Source: an uncultured Planctomycetales bacterium
GTDB taxonomy: Bacteria > Omnitrophota > Gorgyraeia > Zapsychrales > JANLHA01
Reading direction: 5' to 3'
DNA length: 64,000 nucleotides
Assembly (NCBI GenBank): GCA_964489065.1
Contig: CAZAXH010000008.1
Location: 64,130 to 128,129 of the forward strand
In this document: one piece after another, positions 63,487-64,000 of the stretch
Layout: the number at the start of each line of letters is the position of its first letter
Numbering within the stretch: the stretch's first letter is position 1
Notes under the pieces: generated by a model
What the model was told of the DNA's origin: nothing
Databases searched by the model: none
The model's input: only the letters and a program-made list of their open reading frames with translations
Program-made: the position numbers and the translations under genes

Positions 63487-64000
63487 ATGCGTAACGAAAT
63501 AAAACCACAGGAAATTCTGGATGTCTTAAAAAAGAAAATCGCGGATTTTGACGTCCCTTCCGCAGAAACAGAAACCGGCCGTATCATCCAAGCCGGCGAC
63601 GGGATCGCCCGGGTCTGGGGGTTAAACAGGATTATGGCCGGCGAGCTTGTTGAAATCGAGGCGGATCAGGACAAAACAGTTTCCGGCATGGTCATGAACC
63701 TTGAAGAAGAGACCGTCGGAATTATTCTGTTCGCTGATTATGAACATGTCAAAGAAGGATGCCTGGTGCGCCGGACCAGCCGGGTGGCGGAAGTCCCGGT
63801 CGGCGAAGGACTCTTAGGCCGAATCGTCGACCCGTTAGGGAATCCTATCGACGGGAAGGGCCCGGTCAAGGCGTCCGCACGCCAGATGGTGGAGGTTAAA
63901 GGTCCTGGCATCACGGACCGCAAAAACATTGACGAACCGCTGCACACCGGAATTAAGGCTATTGACGCCATGATCCCGATCGGACGCGGACAGCGAGAGT
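63487..64000 (+). CDS. atpA: F-type ATP synthase subunit alpha, 3'-truncated by the window edge
   Basis: This ORF is not in the ORF track because it is open-ended. From the ATG at 63487 the translation reads MRNEIKPQEILDVLKKKIADF..GRIIQAGDGIARVWGL..GELVEI..VGEGLLGRIVDPLGNPIDGKGP..EPLHTGIKAIDAMIPIGRGQRE, a canonical AtpA N-terminus. Confidence 0.92.
   Translation, partial: MRNEIKPQEILDVLKKKIADFDVPSAETETGRIIQAGDGIARVWGLNRIMAGELVEIEADQDKTVSGMVMNLEEETVGIILFADYEHVKEGCLVRRTSRVAEVPVGEGLLGRIVDPLGNPIDGKGPVKASARQMVEVKGPGITDRKNIDEPLHTGIKAIDAMIPIGRGQRE

Noticed and set aside
1-64000. I searched for tRNA, rRNA, tmRNA, CRISPR arrays and tandem repeats.
   Set aside because: I found no cloverleaf-like segments, no rRNA-like conserved blocks, and no regularly spaced direct repeats by eye on either strand. 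The intergenic space is small apart from the regions described.

Overview
This 64-kb window is gene-dense, with about 50 CDS, more than 85% on the + strand, and many ATGA start/stop overlaps. It looks like a diderm bacterium because it carries a TolC-like outer-membrane factor, an RND pump and an F1Fo atp operon. I saw no rRNA, tRNA, CRISPR array, transposase or integrase. All family calls come from motif recognition in the supplied translations, because no searches could be run. LEFT FLANK (1-6024): a 5'-truncated AdoMet-decarboxylase-like gene, a SAM methyltransferase, a CcdA/DsbD-like thiol-disulfide membrane protein, an Mrp/NBP35 Fe-S carrier, a DUF89 protein, a very small P-loop ATPase and a membrane-anchored two-repeat hypothetical. 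CENTRE (6366-51837, about 45 kb): a cluster dominated by radical SAM (rSAM) genes, with 18 genes and 19 rSAM domains. These comprise 11 B12-binding class-B type genes (7 in a near-tandem paralog array) and 4 ORFs (5 domains) of a zinc-ribbon-capped rSAM family, one ORF being an in-frame tandem fusion. There are also 2 SPASM/twitch-type genes and 1 MiaB-like methylthiotransferase-type gene without a TRAM domain. Interleaved with them are 3 DegT-type aminotransferases, a module of GT2, flippase-like protein, WbqC and YfhO-like GT-C, and two further GT-C-like membrane proteins. The cluster also holds a PaaK/CapK-like adenylating ligase, an AsnB-like enzyme lacking the N-terminal Cys nucleophile, a HEAT-repeat protein, a beta-propeller membrane protein and a Zn-ribbon SAM methyltransferase. 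No convincing precursor peptide, and no protease, PKS/NRPS or NDP-sugar activation genes, are visible, and several of the enzymes carry hydrophobic segments. My working hypothesis is multi-step radical C-H functionalisation (methylation, cross-linking or amination) of a membrane lipid or a lipid-linked glycan. I cannot match this to any characterised pathway. RIGHT FLANK (52046-64000): an ABC-2 exporter, an RND pump plus outer-membrane factor with no adaptor gene, an orphan ABC ATPase, a nitroreductase, a clear class D (OXA-like) beta-lactamase homolog, a decayed response-regulator fragment, and atpBEFH plus the 5' part of atpA.
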